Of a stretch of 64,000 bases of DNA, positions 25,430-38,438 are shown one piece after another (the stretch's first letter is position 1; each line of letters starts with the position of its first letter). This DNA comes from Glaucostegus cemiculus (taxonomy: Eukaryota). The DNA is taken from the NCBI GenBank assembly GCA_976551045.1, contig CDPCPM010000026.1, forward strand, positions 13,764,001 to 13,828,000, in the 5' to 3' direction. Made by a program: the position numbers and the translations under genes. Below the pieces are notes generated by a model, which was not told the DNA's origin, did not search any database, and was given only the letters and a program-made list of their open reading frames with translations.

Positions 25430-25980
25430 CATTCCCAGGACCTTACATCTTTCATAAAATGTGGTGACCAGAAATGAATACAATACTCACACTGTAGTTT
25501 ATCCAGTGGTCTATACCTTCTTGCCTATGTATTCAGTGCCTCTATTTATAAAGTACAAGATCCCATATGTGTTAGTAATGACTCTCTCAACCCGAACTGC
25601 ACTTTCAAAGATTCACTGAGGTCCCTGCATCACCTTCACAGAAGTACAATTCACTTCTCTGGATTAAATTTCATCTGTCACATGTTGCCCATTCCAACAT
25701 CTAGGTCCTTTTGAAATCTACTACCAACCTAGTCACTGTTTGTCACACTACCAAACGTTGTGTTGTCTACAAATTTCAAATCCTACCATGCACACCCTTC
25801 TCAATTGTCATTAATACATTTCCAAAGCAACACCTACCACTAGGAAGCACAACTGTCTACCTCCCTCCAGTCTGCAAAATGACATTTTATTACAAGTCTC
25901 TGTTCCCTCTCACTAAACCAATTTCTTTATCATGTTGCCATTGCTGCTTTTAATCCATGCAATTTAATCTTGGTCACTAT
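25430..25980 (-). mobile_element. Decayed CR1 RT fragment
   Basis: tgtggtgaccagaaatgaatacaatactc...ggattaaatttcatctgtcac...tccatgcaatttaatcttg follows reverse CR1 ORF2. Confidence 0.7.
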
Positions 25981-26149
25981 TTTTTTTGCTGCCAGATATT
26001 GGTGCATTTATGCCACTCCAATTACTGTTCTCTACTAATTACTCTTAGCATGATAGGGAAAATGATCAGAAGATCCACAGAGTAGGGCATGCTGATGGAA
26101 AAGGGCATAGGAGGGGATCAAAAGAACTGAAGATGAAGCCCTGTTCCAA

Positions 26150-27170
26150 AGGGTGCCGAGCGAGCTCTCCTCCTAAAAGCAACTCAGTGACATCTATTGA
26201 AACACTCCTTCAGTGAGGAGGTTGATCTAAGATCTGTCATGTCATAACAGCAGCTGCAGAGCAGTGTGAGGACAGCAATGCCACTGCCTGGTCAGGTGAC
26301 TGTTGCTGTGAATGTCTTTGCCAATGATTCATTCTAGCTTTTGCCAGGGACATAAGCAATGTCTCGTTGAAGAGCACAACTGAATTAGAGGGTTTTTTTA
26401 CATGAAGAGAGACAAATTCATCTCCTCTTGCCTTGGCAGAGAGAGCTGGCAGTGAATACATATGGGTTTGCCAGTGGTTATGGCCATTGACAGGACTTAG
26501 ATTGCCTTGAGGGCTCAGCACAGGAATCAATTACTACAGACCACAAAGGCTGCCACTTATTCGGTTTACAGCTAATTTCCAACCATTCATAGAAGATATT
26601 AATGACCAATGTCCAACACTAAGGGAGTAGGTACAATAGTTTCCTTTAGCAATAACCTACTGTGCTCCCATATTTCAGCTTCCAGGTCAAGACATCATCA
26701 GGCGAATGGACAGTTGTTTGATTATGGGACAAGGCCCATCCTCTATCACTTGGGTCCTGAGTGAAACAACACAGCAACTTCTACCAGTCTGCGGTCCCAC
26801 CATAAATGAAATGCATCCAGTTTGGAGATGCACATAATTCCGCAATGCTCACAACATTGGAGTGATGTAGAATAGGAGGACTCGACCAGTGTGAGCCATA
26901 TATACTAGGAGCACAGTTCTGGAGTGGAATCATGCACAATGGGAGGATGCTGTGAGAGAATGCTGCCACTTGCAAAATAGTCAAAGGATAGTCAGCTTCA
27001 ACCATAGCCTTTATTGTCTTGGTTGCTCTTGAAACACTGTGGGTACGTGCCAGAGACAGGCACATCTTTTATCAGTCTCATGATTGTAGCATGTTTCACA
27101 ACCTGACAATGGTTTCAGCTCAGTGAGGCAGGAGGAGGAGGGGGAGTGTGGGATGGAGGAAGAAGGGACA
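26150..27170 (+). pseudogene. Decayed PIF/Harbinger (HARBI1-like) DDE transposase
   Basis: QLQSSVRTAMPLPGQVTVAVNVFANDSF* (26248), KRDKFIS, AIDRT*IALRA (26483; cf. GAIDCTHIALRAP), GDK-like motif (~26725), CSMFHNL (27085; cf. CCMLHN), followed by a gag-rich tract. Confidence 0.75.
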
Positions 27171-27944
27171 AGGAAAGTTTGTGAGCTCCTTTCTGGGTGA
27201 GCAGCCAGAGATCATTCCAATAAACAAGCTCCTGGTTTCCCATTCTATTACTTCCCACCTTACCCTTGTTCTGTCAATAATCATATCTTCATTCTCCAGA
27301 ACAAAATCAGAGAATGCAAAAACACACCTCATCTGCTTTCCATATGTGTATTTCCGAAAATGAAAAAAAAACCAGAAATAATCCCCATTGTGCATTCCCT
27401 TGTCTTTTATTTGTCATTTGCTTGGTAGAGTGTCCCACTGTGCTGCTCGGTGTGGCATGGCTGGTGAAAGACTCTTCACTCACACTGCCGATCTGGGGCG
27501 TGAGCAGCCCAAGGCCAAGAATGTGAGAAGTCCACTTCTGCTGTCATGATTTCCAATGCTTTAAGCTGACTGACTAACAGGCAATAGCAAGGCAGCAGTA
27601 GCGAAGCAGCAAAGGGGTACAAATGTGGTTCTCCTGAGCAAGGACAGCAGATTCATATCACATAGAGCTAGGCTAATCCCAGAGATCTGCAGGGGGCCAT
27701 CTGGGCTGTGATTGGGCACTTAAATCAGCATTAAACACTGAAACTGAAGATATTTGAGCTTTCCCTATGGCAGTAAGATGTTGGGGGACCTGTTTCCACT
27801 GCAGTGGAAGCTGGAATGTTGACGATCAGATGTGTTGTTGGCTCTGATGGTTGGGAGACCATTGGAGCTGGCCACCTGGCAGAAGTGATCTTCAGGATCT
27901 CTGCAACACAGCGTGCAAGCCCATAGCTAATTCCCATAGACTCA

Positions 27945-28175
27945 TATGGACAAAATTGGATTGTTTTCTCTGGATTATCAGAGGCTGAGGGGACGACCTG
28001 ATGGAGAAGGTGGTGGAAGCAGAAACAATAGCATGTTTAATAGGCATTTAGACAGACACATGAATAGGCAGGAATAGAGGGATACGGACTATATGCAGGC
28101 CAGTGGGACTAGTTCAGATTGGCTTCATGTTCAGCATCGACATGGCAGGCTGAAGGACTTGTTCTATGTTCCAAT
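27945..28175 (+). mobile_element. CR1 (HER1-like) 3' end with internal deletion
   Basis: ttgttttctctgga...gaggctgagggg.gacctgat joined to ggtggtggaagcaga...catttagacagacacatg and the tail. Confidence 0.85.
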
Positions 28176-30184
28176 TATCCATTCATGTGATTGGGACTTT
28201 TGGGGCTTGAATCACTGGGTTCATCCTCCATCTACTTGCTGCTTGACTTTGGACCCAGATGATTTCCATCCTTGCACTTTCTACAGAGGACTCCCTTCAA
28301 TCTCTCCACCCTGTCTATCAACATCTCGAATAAAAGCAGAAAATGCTGGAAACATGCAGCAGGACAGGCTCCCCCCGTGGATCAAGAAAGGCAGCTAATA
28401 TTTGTCAGAGTAGGGAAAGAAAGAAAACAAGTTAAGTTTCAGCAGCAGAGATGATGGGAGAGGTATGGTTAGAATAAAGGAAATATCTCTGAGTGAGTAA
28501 GTTAATGTAACAGTTAGAATCACTTCATGCTTCGTTTTCTGTGACATTTTGCTAAAGGCAAGGTTGTGGAACATGGCTATCAGGGCAGGCAATATACTAA
28601 TAGAAGAAAAGTTGAACCAAAATCATAGCTGGATGACTGATAGAAATGGTGCTGGTACAGACAGACAGAACGTGTGAGATTTCTAAGGTTGGAGAGTCAT
28701 TGGTTAGCTTGAACTTCAGTATGCCTCTCTTGAAATTGATCCCTACACTGTTGAGGCTGACAGCCATATGGTTACAGCTGGCTGATCACCAATATACTGA
28801 AAATAAGGTCATAGCACAAATATTTCATGTGGCCTGCACTGGGTTAAATGATCATGGGTTAATCACGCCCCAAGATCCCCATATATCTTTCTAGTACGAT
28901 TCAATTTAGCCCCATCGTACTGTAGCTATTATTATCAGGTTTACAAATGAGTCAAGATTTACCTGGGGTTAATGTCTGAAGGAATATTTTCCATCTCTTG
29001 TGCCATCTACTTTTTACCTTTATGGTTGTTTTACTGAGCTATGGCTTGAGGTATGTCATCAAAATTTCATTAACTCAAGGAGATAATTTTAAAAGATGTC
29101 ATGTTTGTATGCCGTCTCTCACAGATAGTTGCCTCAAACCATACTGCTCATTACAGGCTGCATACATCAAAGTAGCAGGATAAAACTCGCAAACTTTAAA
29201 ATCAGAATGCTCTTTGTTGTGTGTTTTCTAGTTACTTATACAATGGTCTCAAACGTTTTATAAAATAAAGTTAATGAGATTTGTACAACAACCTTACCTG
29301 ATGTTAAATTGTTTTGATGAGCATAGCAAATTGCTGTGGTTAACAAATTTGAAACAGCCTGTTATATTGATACAGGTTTGCATGTATGTGAATTAATCAA
29401 AGTGTGGGCGATGATGAACAGTTTCTGAAGAATTCTGTCAAAGGTTAAGAGCTAGTTATTTTTAAGAATGACATGAATCTACCAGGGACAGTGATTGTCT
29501 AAATGACCATTGTAATTACCAATTACTACTTGATGCAGAGAATATATTCATGGCATGCAGTCTTCTAAATACAGGCAGGCATTAGCTCATTTATGTACTA
29601 ATGCACATAATTTAGCTTCTGAAAAGGGCAGAAATGGGAAATGGGAATGCTTAAAGATATAATAGATACTTTATAATATCATTTTGGAGAATATTGGATT
29701 TATGGAAAATGAATATTACTTTGTATTCGTTTTTTTAAAAAGACCAAAAAAGTCTAATCTTGTACATCCTGCAGTACTATCACAATGAAATATGACAGAC
29801 TTACAGTATTAGAAGACCATTGAGAAGGTGAATGCATACATTTAAACAGGAGAATAATATTATACTGAATCATTGAATTTTAAACTATGATACAATAGAA
29901 CTCCATATTTAATTTTCTAGTCAATTCTTTCACACATTTAAATTCTTGAGGGTGTTAGGATGGTATGCAAACCTCTGTGTTCTCATCACCCATTTAATGG
30001 TCTGTGGTGTTAACTATGGGATCACCAGTAAGTAATGAACTTTAAAAGTGTGCTGTTTCACCACTGTCACATTTCGCATTCAAGCTAAAATTCATAACCC
30101 GTGGGCAATTAGAATTATGTTTTTTTTTAAAAATAGCTAAGTTCTCATCAAATATCAGTAGCATGGACTCAGATTTTATAATAA

Positions 30185-31150
30185 AAAAGACAGTACTGAA
30201 AATATTCAACATCTGTGAGAAGTGAAATAGAGTTAATGCTTCAGCATGTAGCGCAACGCTGTTACAGCGCCAGCGATTGGGATTTGATTCCCGTCACTGA
30301 CTATAAGGAGTTTGTACGTTCTCCCGTGTCTGCGTGGGTTTCCTCCGGGTGCTCTGGTTTCCTCCCACATTCTAAAAAAAAGACGTACGGGCAGGTTAAT
30401 TTGGGGTTTAAAATGGGTGGCGTGGACTTGTTGGGCCGAAAGGGCCTGTTACCACGCCGTAAATAAATTTAAACAAATAAATAAATAAATTTAAATTTCA
30501 ATAAAAATTTAAAAAAAACTGAGAACAGTTAGAAAATAAACAAGTTTAACGTTGCAGAGGAAGAGAGTGATGGAGAGAACAAATGGAATATATGTGATAG
30601 GGTGGAGAACAAGAGAGATCGAATGATGCATATGGTGGCAGTGCTAGTTGAGAGGGCACTGAAGGCCTGTTAATTGCAAATGAGGTGTCTGCAGCAGATG
30701 CAAATAGGAAGAGGTAAATGAGGATAAAGAATAGAGAATAAAAGATAATGCTGGAACCACAAGATACAGTTACATCTTATTTTATGATGAGCCACTGTCC
30801 TCATGATTCAGCAATAAATTCAACAATTTCAGATAACCAACCTTTCCAGATTCTGCCTTTTCTCTTGAGAAAAATAAAAAGGAAATGGAAATTCACTACC
30901 CTAGTAATGAAAGGAGTAGTGAGAGGATTCTCAGTGGTGAATTTAGTAGAGGTTTCTTGACAGAATACTTTCTGCTCAATGTGTAAGGAGGTATTGATAG
31001 ATACTGTATAGTCCTGTGAAATTAAATTGGTTAAATGAAGAAGGCCAAAGCTCAAGAATAAAAATTACAGTTTAGAAATTAACGTTGACTGTTTCTCTTT
31101 CCACAGATGCTTCCAAACCTGTTGAGTTTTTCTGACATTTTTTTATTTTT
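30185..31150. mobile_element. Penelope-like element with inverted ends, interrupted by a V-SINE
   Basis: Forward terminal motif at 30185-30243 and reverse motif (acgttgactgtttctctttccacagatgct...tgagttttt) at 31080-31150; purine-rich interior. Confidence 0.6.
30246..30500 (+). mobile_element. Young V-SINE, slightly 5'-truncated
   Basis: B-box-like gatttgattcc, V-domain ttctcccgtgtctgcgtgggtttcctccgggtgctc, CR1-like tail gggccgaaagggcctgtt, A-rich end; near-identical to 50034-50297. Confidence 0.9.
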
Positions 31151-31949
31151 ATAACAATGAAGGTATCATGAGGTTTTAATTAGTTATTGAGATGATATTG
31201 AGCAATCTGAAATAAGAATGTTTAACTGGAGGATGAGCAGTTTCAATGAATTGGAGATAATTCCAGTCCAGGTATATTGGAATGAATGTAAGATTGACAA
31301 GCAGGGAGGTAAAAAGGTTAGAACCACGCTTCAAAAAGGAAAAGGTTTGGGTATGATTAGGGAAGGTCTGTTATGGGGGAAAAGGAGTATACAAAAGTAA
31401 AGATCCTGATGACAAACTAGTTAAAGAGCTGGATAAAGTAGAATAAAGGAGGAAATAATGAATGTCATCATGATAGTACAGGAAAGATCAGCTAATCGTA
31501 GGAAGTACAGAGGAGAAATGAAAAGGGAAAGTGAAATAGAAAGGCCCAAGAGACAATAAGAGAATAAGTTATGACCGACGCTAAAGGAAACCTGAAGAAT
31601 GTCTTCAAGCATATTAACAGTAACACAACTGGTGAGGTTGATTAGCAACCAAAATAGAGGCAGGGAGTATCTGGAGGTATGAAATGAATCCTTTGCATTT
31701 GTGAAGGCCTTTGCTAAAACTGTAGTAACTTTGGAGGTCATTGGGCTAATGAATTATATAAAAATAGACAGAGACTTTGTGGTTTTATGTGAGATGTGGG
31801 CGCTACTGCTGAGGTCAATATTTAAGGCTTCTGTAACTGCTCTTGAGAAAGTGATGGTTTTTGATTCAACACAGTACTTTTAGGGAAGATAATTGGAGTT
31901 CTGGGATTTAGCTCCAATGACACTGATGGAATGGCAATATATTTTGAAA

Positions 31950-32072
31950 AGCAAAATAAGGCAGATACCTGAAATCTTAAATAAACAGGATGTGCTAGAA
32001 GTACTCAGCAGGCCAGGCAGCATCTGTAGAAAGAGAAACAGAGTTAATGTTTTGGGTCAATAAACTTTCAAA
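31950..32072 (-). mobile_element. Penelope-like terminal repeat fragment
   Basis: gcagatacctgaaatct...tactcagcaggccaggcagcatctgtagaaagagaaacagagttaatgttt. Confidence 0.75.
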
Positions 32073-32394
32073 TGAGGTATCTTAAGAAACACATACAATG
32101 CTGAGGCAAAAAAAATTGCAAGTTCATGGAGGATAATGTGGAGGTTATAGTGAATTGAATAGGTAGCAATAATCTTAACATGATGAAATCAGGGAAACAT
32201 TTACTTATCAATTGTCATTTGTTGATCTGACTTAGCATTCCGATACAGGTGAGAGGAAGTGATGATAAAAGTATGTACTAGACTTTGGGAGAGCATATTT
32301 TAAGGCATTAAAAAGGAATTTGTGAGGATATGTTGTAAATAAAATTGTAGGAGGAAACATCAAGCAACAATGCTAAAGATATTGTGGAGTAGCT

Positions 32395-32750
32395 TTAAAT
32401 GAGATTATCATACAGGGTAGATAAACAAGATCTTTTCCCCGTGCATCAAAAACACGAGGGCATAACTTCAAGGTGAGAGGTAGAAGTTTTAAAGGGGATC
32501 TGAGGAATCGGCTTATTACACAGAAAATGGTTGATGTCAGAGACATGCAACTATATTTAAGAGGAATTTAAACAGACATAGAACAGATATTTATACAGAC
32601 ACAGACACAGAAACAGAAACAGAATAGGCAAGTCATATAAGGCTGCAAACCTAATGTGGGCAAATGAGATATTAGTGTAAATGGCCAAGAAGTTCAGCAT
32701 AGATGTGGTGGGTTAAAGGGCTTGGTTCTGTACTGTACAACTCTGTGAAA
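32395..32750 (+). mobile_element. CR1 (HER1-like) 3' end
   Basis: gatcttttcccc...gagggcataacttcaaggtgagagg...aaaggggatctgagg...gggttaaagggcttggttctgtactgta. Confidence 0.85.
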
Positions 32751-33749
32751 GGAATCTCGTATATAAAAGTTAAGAGAGTATATTGATCTCAGCCTGTGCA
32801 ATATAAATATGTTACAATTAGCCTGGAGAGAAACAATTAACTAGAGACATTATAATTTGTGTCAACAAAATAAAATATTTGAATTGATTAAAGAAAAGGT
32901 AATTTGTGGATCCCTCAAAGAAACCAAACAAGAATTATAAAGATAATTATACATATGAAATAATATTTGGTAAAAGTAAATCAAAATAAAAATTGGGTGA
33001 AATAAAAATCAACTATTTTGGATAAATTCATTTTGTTAACAAATAAAGGAAATATTAGAACAGATTAATGGTGTGATGGATCTGTTGTTTTTTACCACGC
33101 AAGAACATGACGCCTTTCATCATCAGATTAATTCAAATGGTGGAAGGCACATCTGAGAGAGCAGTGGCCATCGTTCAGAACCTGAAGTAGGACCACAGAA
33201 GGAGATTCAGTTATTTATGAGAGACCTTGTGAACCGTATTTTATAACTCAATTTAAATAACATCCATGGATATTCTCCTGTACATTCTTTTACCCATCTC
33301 CACAAAGTTCAATCAGTTTCATCATGCATGACCTATTCTTTGTAAATCTCTCTGACCAGCTGAAAATTTTCAGAGTTCCGTCACTCAATTTTTAATTATA
33401 AATCCCTGTAATATCTCCAAAACATATTTAAGGCTGCATTGTCTCTAATTCCATGGTTTACATCTCACTTTTCTTAAAGAGCAGTATAGTAGAAAATTTA
33501 TAGAGCACATATTATGTTCCAGACCTTAATGCATTCAGGCCAGTCTCAGGGTTCCTGCAATGGAAACCTTGGGGAGCTTACTAAATGTAAGAGGGTTACA
33601 AGAAGTTCAGAAAATATTTGATCTATATACAATTCCTAAAAATTTGAACAGGGTATTACTTGGAAAATTACAGATCTAGTAAGCTTAAATTCCATTATAA
33701 TAATATTGGAGCCGATTAAAAAAACAAGCAATTCAAGTCAGAAAGTGAG

Positions 33750-34779
33750 TGGCTCGATTTTGCAGAAACGATAATGCATCCATCATTGTTAATGTGTAAC
33801 ACGGTGAGGAAAGAAAAGCCTTGAATTTCTAGTCACTAAATTGCGAGTTGATTTGCACTCTACCTGATTTTTTCTGATGTTGTTGTACTTAGATATTAAT
33901 TCACCACTAAATTTGCTACAGAAATTTCAGTGGGAATTAATAATGTAGTTAACCTTTCAATAATGTCATAATTGTTAATGACTGCCAATCAAACTCTGGA
34001 GCCCAGAAAGTGAACAATTATCTGTTAAATCTCCCTTGATCAGGAAGTGAATTTTTTACATGATTTTAAAACTTATAAGTTTAAAATTTAAAAAAATGGT
34101 TCACCATTTGTTTTGTTCTATTCCATTTTTCTTACCATCTAATTTTCTTTTCCCTTTTTTTTCACTTTCTGCACCTGTTTTGACATTAAATTCAGAAGCA
34201 AAATATAGCTGATTCTGGAAGTCTGAAATAAAAGCAGAAAATACTGGAAACACTCAGCGACTCAGGTAATATCCGAGGAGACCGAAACAGAATCAACGTT
34301 TCAGCTCAATGAAGTTTCCTCAGAATTCAGAAATATTTGAAATAAAACAAGTTTTAGATAGTCAAGTCAGCAAACAGCTCAGGAGAGAACAAAAGAGAAG
34401 GTTTGTGGTGGGGTGTGAGACCATGAGAGATAAATGATAAAAGTAGTGGTGCGGCTAGCAGAAAGAAGGTGGGAGAGAATAGTGAGGAGCAGAAGTTATG
34501 TCTGGAGAATGTGTAAACAAAAGAAGAGGAATGAAATCTGAATTAATTGATATTCTCTTTCCTGTTCAATCATCTCTATTTATTTCTTAATCCTTAAATC
34601 TCCTTGGTTAAAGAGACACACTGCTTGTCCCATTGTTTTGCAAAATCTGAGGTGGGCTGTTGCTAAACTGCACTTTTCTCAGCTTGCATTCCAGCAAATA
34701 TTGTTCAGGCTGGAGGGACACAGACAAGTTTAAGTAATGGGGCATGTCAGGAGATGGTCCTGTCAGCAAAATCTGGCCC
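33750..34779. mobile_element. Probable Harbinger-type MITE
   Basis: Imperfect TIRs tggctcgattttgcag / cagcaaaatctggccc (12/16 match) at the points where CR1 similarity breaks. Confidence 0.5.
34195..34540 (-). mobile_element. Penelope-like terminal repeat with hammerhead-like motif
   Basis: tctgaaataaaagcagaaaatactggaaacactcagc...; minus strand CTGAGGA-aacttcattgagct-GAAACGTT. Confidence 0.75.
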
Positions 34780-37700
34780 AATAAATTTAAACCAGTTGAG
34801 ATTTACCAAAGGGACACCAAGCCCATTTGATGTATTGGAATTCATTGAAGATGTAATGGAATTAGCAAATTAAAGCCATGCAGTAACTTATGTAATATCT
34901 TGACATGTTTATGGATGAAGTGAAAGCTTTGAAGATCAGTGAATGAATACAATATTGGATTTAAAAAAACTTGGTTAAATAATAAATGGGCAGGAACCTA
35001 TTGGTGACCAAGGTTGTCCAAAGAACTCTTCTGCAGGCCCTGCTATTCATTATATTTATTAATAACCTTTCCAGAATATGTTGGATGAAGTCTGGCTGCA
35101 ATTATGAATTACATGATGTGGTTTGGGAACACAAAATGTAGTCAGAAAGTCAATGTCCAATTGTTTGTTAGTGTTACTGCAAAGGGAAAAAAAGCATTCC
35201 CCATTAATCAGTCTGTATTCGGCAGCTGAGCAGATGAATGGTGACTAGCAATGAAAATAGAAAGCATCACAAATTAGTGGGCAAACTTGCTAATGTTTCC
35301 ACAAAACAGTTATGATTATATGAAAAAGCTTTGACCATGAGTGCAGAATTCTAGAATTGTAAATTTGGCAGGAATTGGATGTGGAAATAAAATAAAGACA
35401 GATTGCACATAGGATGGGGTTGTATAAGAACATCATTCTTATCAGCATTAGGAATACCTGGGATCTTGGAAAGGTAGGAAGAGACCCATAGGTGGCAGTG
35501 TATGTTGTGGTCACTGTATCCAGCAGAATATTAAGAGAGGCTCTGAGATTGCACTTGGAGGATGGAGGTGTTCCTGCCCCTGAAAGTATTGGGTGACTTT
35601 CTGAACATAAAGATGGAATGTCCCAGCACCTATGGGGAAAGGCGACAAAGGAAAAGTTTTTGGCTTCAGCAGAACTGAAAAACATATGTTCATGAATGAA
35701 TTATGGTGATGGCTGGAAGTTTGAAAGAGACTAATTTCAATAAAGGGCCTATACTATTCTTGGGATACTTTTTAGCCAATCTGCCATCCTGTTCCCTAGC
35801 ATATCTTTCCAGCTATTTCTTCCTCCACTCACTGGTTTCTGTCTTACAATATTCAATGTACCACCAAGTGCTTTTTAATTTATACCATTTTTAATCAACA
35901 TAAATTTCTATATACAAGAAGAATATTTTATATTCCAGACCATGGGTCTCTGCGCAGTGTTTCAATATCCCTGGCTGTCTCCAATATTATTAATATATGT
36001 CCATATAAAACCTTTTATATCAATTATCTACTCTAACAAAACATGAAATCCTCATAAACTTGCTGTTTACGCTGGCTCCAAAGTTTTGAAAATAGAAATT
36101 GCCTTTTAGCAAACAAGAATAGTTTGTTACCTTCTCCTATGCTGAACAAGTAGGGGCAAAATTGAATGTGTGAAGGTAAAAGTGGAACAGTTGGTAAAAG
36201 CAAGCAAAATGTTGTTGTATAAAATGTGAAAGTTGCCTGAAATAGAATTTTAAGGATCAGTTTCAAAATTAGTTACTGTAACTAAATAAGCTCAATTTCT
36301 CAGCTTAGTAAGGTAAACACCTTCTATTTAAGAATAGTGAAACCTTTTGATGATGCTGAATAATGTTACAAATTACAGTTCAGAATTCACAGCTATGGCT
36401 GTTTAGGTTTTGGACATTGGTTGAAGTCTTGAAGTTAGAAAGTTAACAAGGGTATTAAATGTCACAAAAAGTAGTTAGAGATATACTGTATATCTGATCT
36501 TTTGGTTTAAAAACTTCATATGGACATCTGAAATTTTATTCATAGAGAAGGAAACTGATTGATGAAATTAATTATTTCACTAATTTGAACTGTTTACTGA
36601 CACTATTCCGACATTAATTGATCACACAGGACGAGTATTTGGATAAGTTCTGGTAACTTTGAGTATTACGCATTCCCAGCTTTATAACCACTCCTCTCAC
36701 TTATAATTTATACATGTTCTTGCCTTTTTGTTTATGATTTGTTAATATTTAACCTTGAGTTTGCCAAACTGTGATAATAAAAATGTAGTCACGACAGAAA
36801 ATGACAATTACAGGAAGACTTCCACATCTGTATATCGATGCAGGACCTTTGATGGGTTGGATGTGCTCTTTCTGTCCTGCTGTTGGTACAGGACCCCTCC
36901 CCACCTCAATTGCATATTCCCTACAGCCTTTTGCAGCTCTACAGGATGAATTGATCTGAAGATCTGGATTCCATGGCAAGACCATGAAGCAGACTTTGCT
37001 GCAAGTGGCAATCCAGTACTTAGGCAGTGATCCAGAACCCCAGCACCCTAAATGTCCTGATGGCCTTTAGACAGTTTATTGATATCCAAGGTTTTCTTAG
37101 CAGCTTTTGTACATTGTTGATTGTCAAAGATTTTAAAAACAATCCTACTGGATGAAAATAATAAAAATATTAAAAAAGAAATTGGCTTCAAAATACCTGA
37201 AACTACCAGAAATGAATTAAAAACATAAATTAAAATCCAGAAAATTAAGTGACAGTTTTGGCCTGCATAAAGTTGAGGAGCCAGATCCGAAGAGCATCTG
37301 GTCCCTGAACTCAGGTGTTTGCCTTTCACTGGACGATTTCGTGGTGGATCTAGTATTGTGTCAGAATGTCAGATATACTGGCATCTTCTCACGCATCATT
37401 AACCTTTGTATTTTCTTGCACAGATATACAAGTCAGAGATGAGATAACCTATGATGAGTATATTGTGATCCAGCTGATTATACAGTGTATCAATTATTTT
37501 ATACACTAACACTCATTAGGACTTTGTTGAGACCACAGTTGGGGTATTTGGGTTAGTTAATGAGCAATGCCAATAAACAGCAGGGGCATTGGGTGCTCAT
37601 CTCATGAAATTATGGGCCAACAACCTATTATAGTTTTCATGCAGAACATCCTATTTTTCCCATCTTTAGTTACAGTGTTCCTGAGTGCTTATACAAGAGG

Positions 37701-38034
37701 TATATAAGTTATAGATATTCTAAGTTTTCTATCTTCATGCACTAACACATCATTATCCATGAGTTTAGGGTCACAGATTTCCTGTGGGGAACAAAAAAAC
37801 ATGAATACCACTGAGGCCTTTTCCTCTAGACCCAATATACCTCCCCAAACAAACATAAGTATGTCCAACAACATTCTGGAAGGAAATCATATCAGATAAT
37901 ATTTAATGTATTGATTCCTACAGTCAGTAATCTGATTTGAAATCACAGGGTACAGCTGTGCAAGCAAAGACCATTCTCTTTTGGAAAAATGCACAACAGG
38001 GAGCCACTTGACACAATTGGTCTGTTAACTGATT

Positions 38035-38438
38035 TGTCATGATTCTGAGTACTGGCCCTTGATTTGGCTCCTTGGATGCCTCATTGTACAGCACATGGAT
38101 TCCATGCTGGACTGATTGCATAATGACACACACCTGAGCCCCATCAGGGGCCTAGCATAAGTACTTGGGTTTCTATAGCACTAGTTGCTAGAGTATTGGT
38201 CAATCTTGAAGATTCAGTTTGGTTCCTAGTTGCTTAGAGTGGTCTACTCCAGCAGTCATGTGTTCTCTATTCCTACTTGTACTTCAGTTTGTGTTGGGAT
38301 TACTACTCTGATCTGAGACAAGATTTCCTTCCAGTGTTGCCTGTGTCTGGTCCTGAGGAAGTATCCTGACTCCAGGCTTGTACCAGTGTGCTGCATTTGT
38401 GTTGTCTGTGAGCTTGCTCTTCAATCAATGTTGTGATA
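38035..38438. mobile_element. Probable solo LTR
   Basis: Ends tgtcatga...ttgtgata (consistent with decayed TGTCACGA/TCGTGACA); flanks tgatt/tgatc as an imperfect 5-bp TSD; internal acacacctgagcccc and TATA-like cataagtac. Confidence 0.5.

Larger units (their letters stand above)
33560..35070 (+). mobile_element. Decayed CR1 RT split by a MITE
   Basis: Left part resembles GNYRPVSL...ILE (ggaaaattacagatctagtaagctt); right part resumes with GFTKG...LEF.EDV (gatttaccaaaggg...ttggaattcattgaagatgta). Confidence 0.55.

Noticed and set aside
35290-35685. 131-aa ORF
   Set aside because: No motif similarity; composition typical of a chance ORF in decayed repeat DNA.
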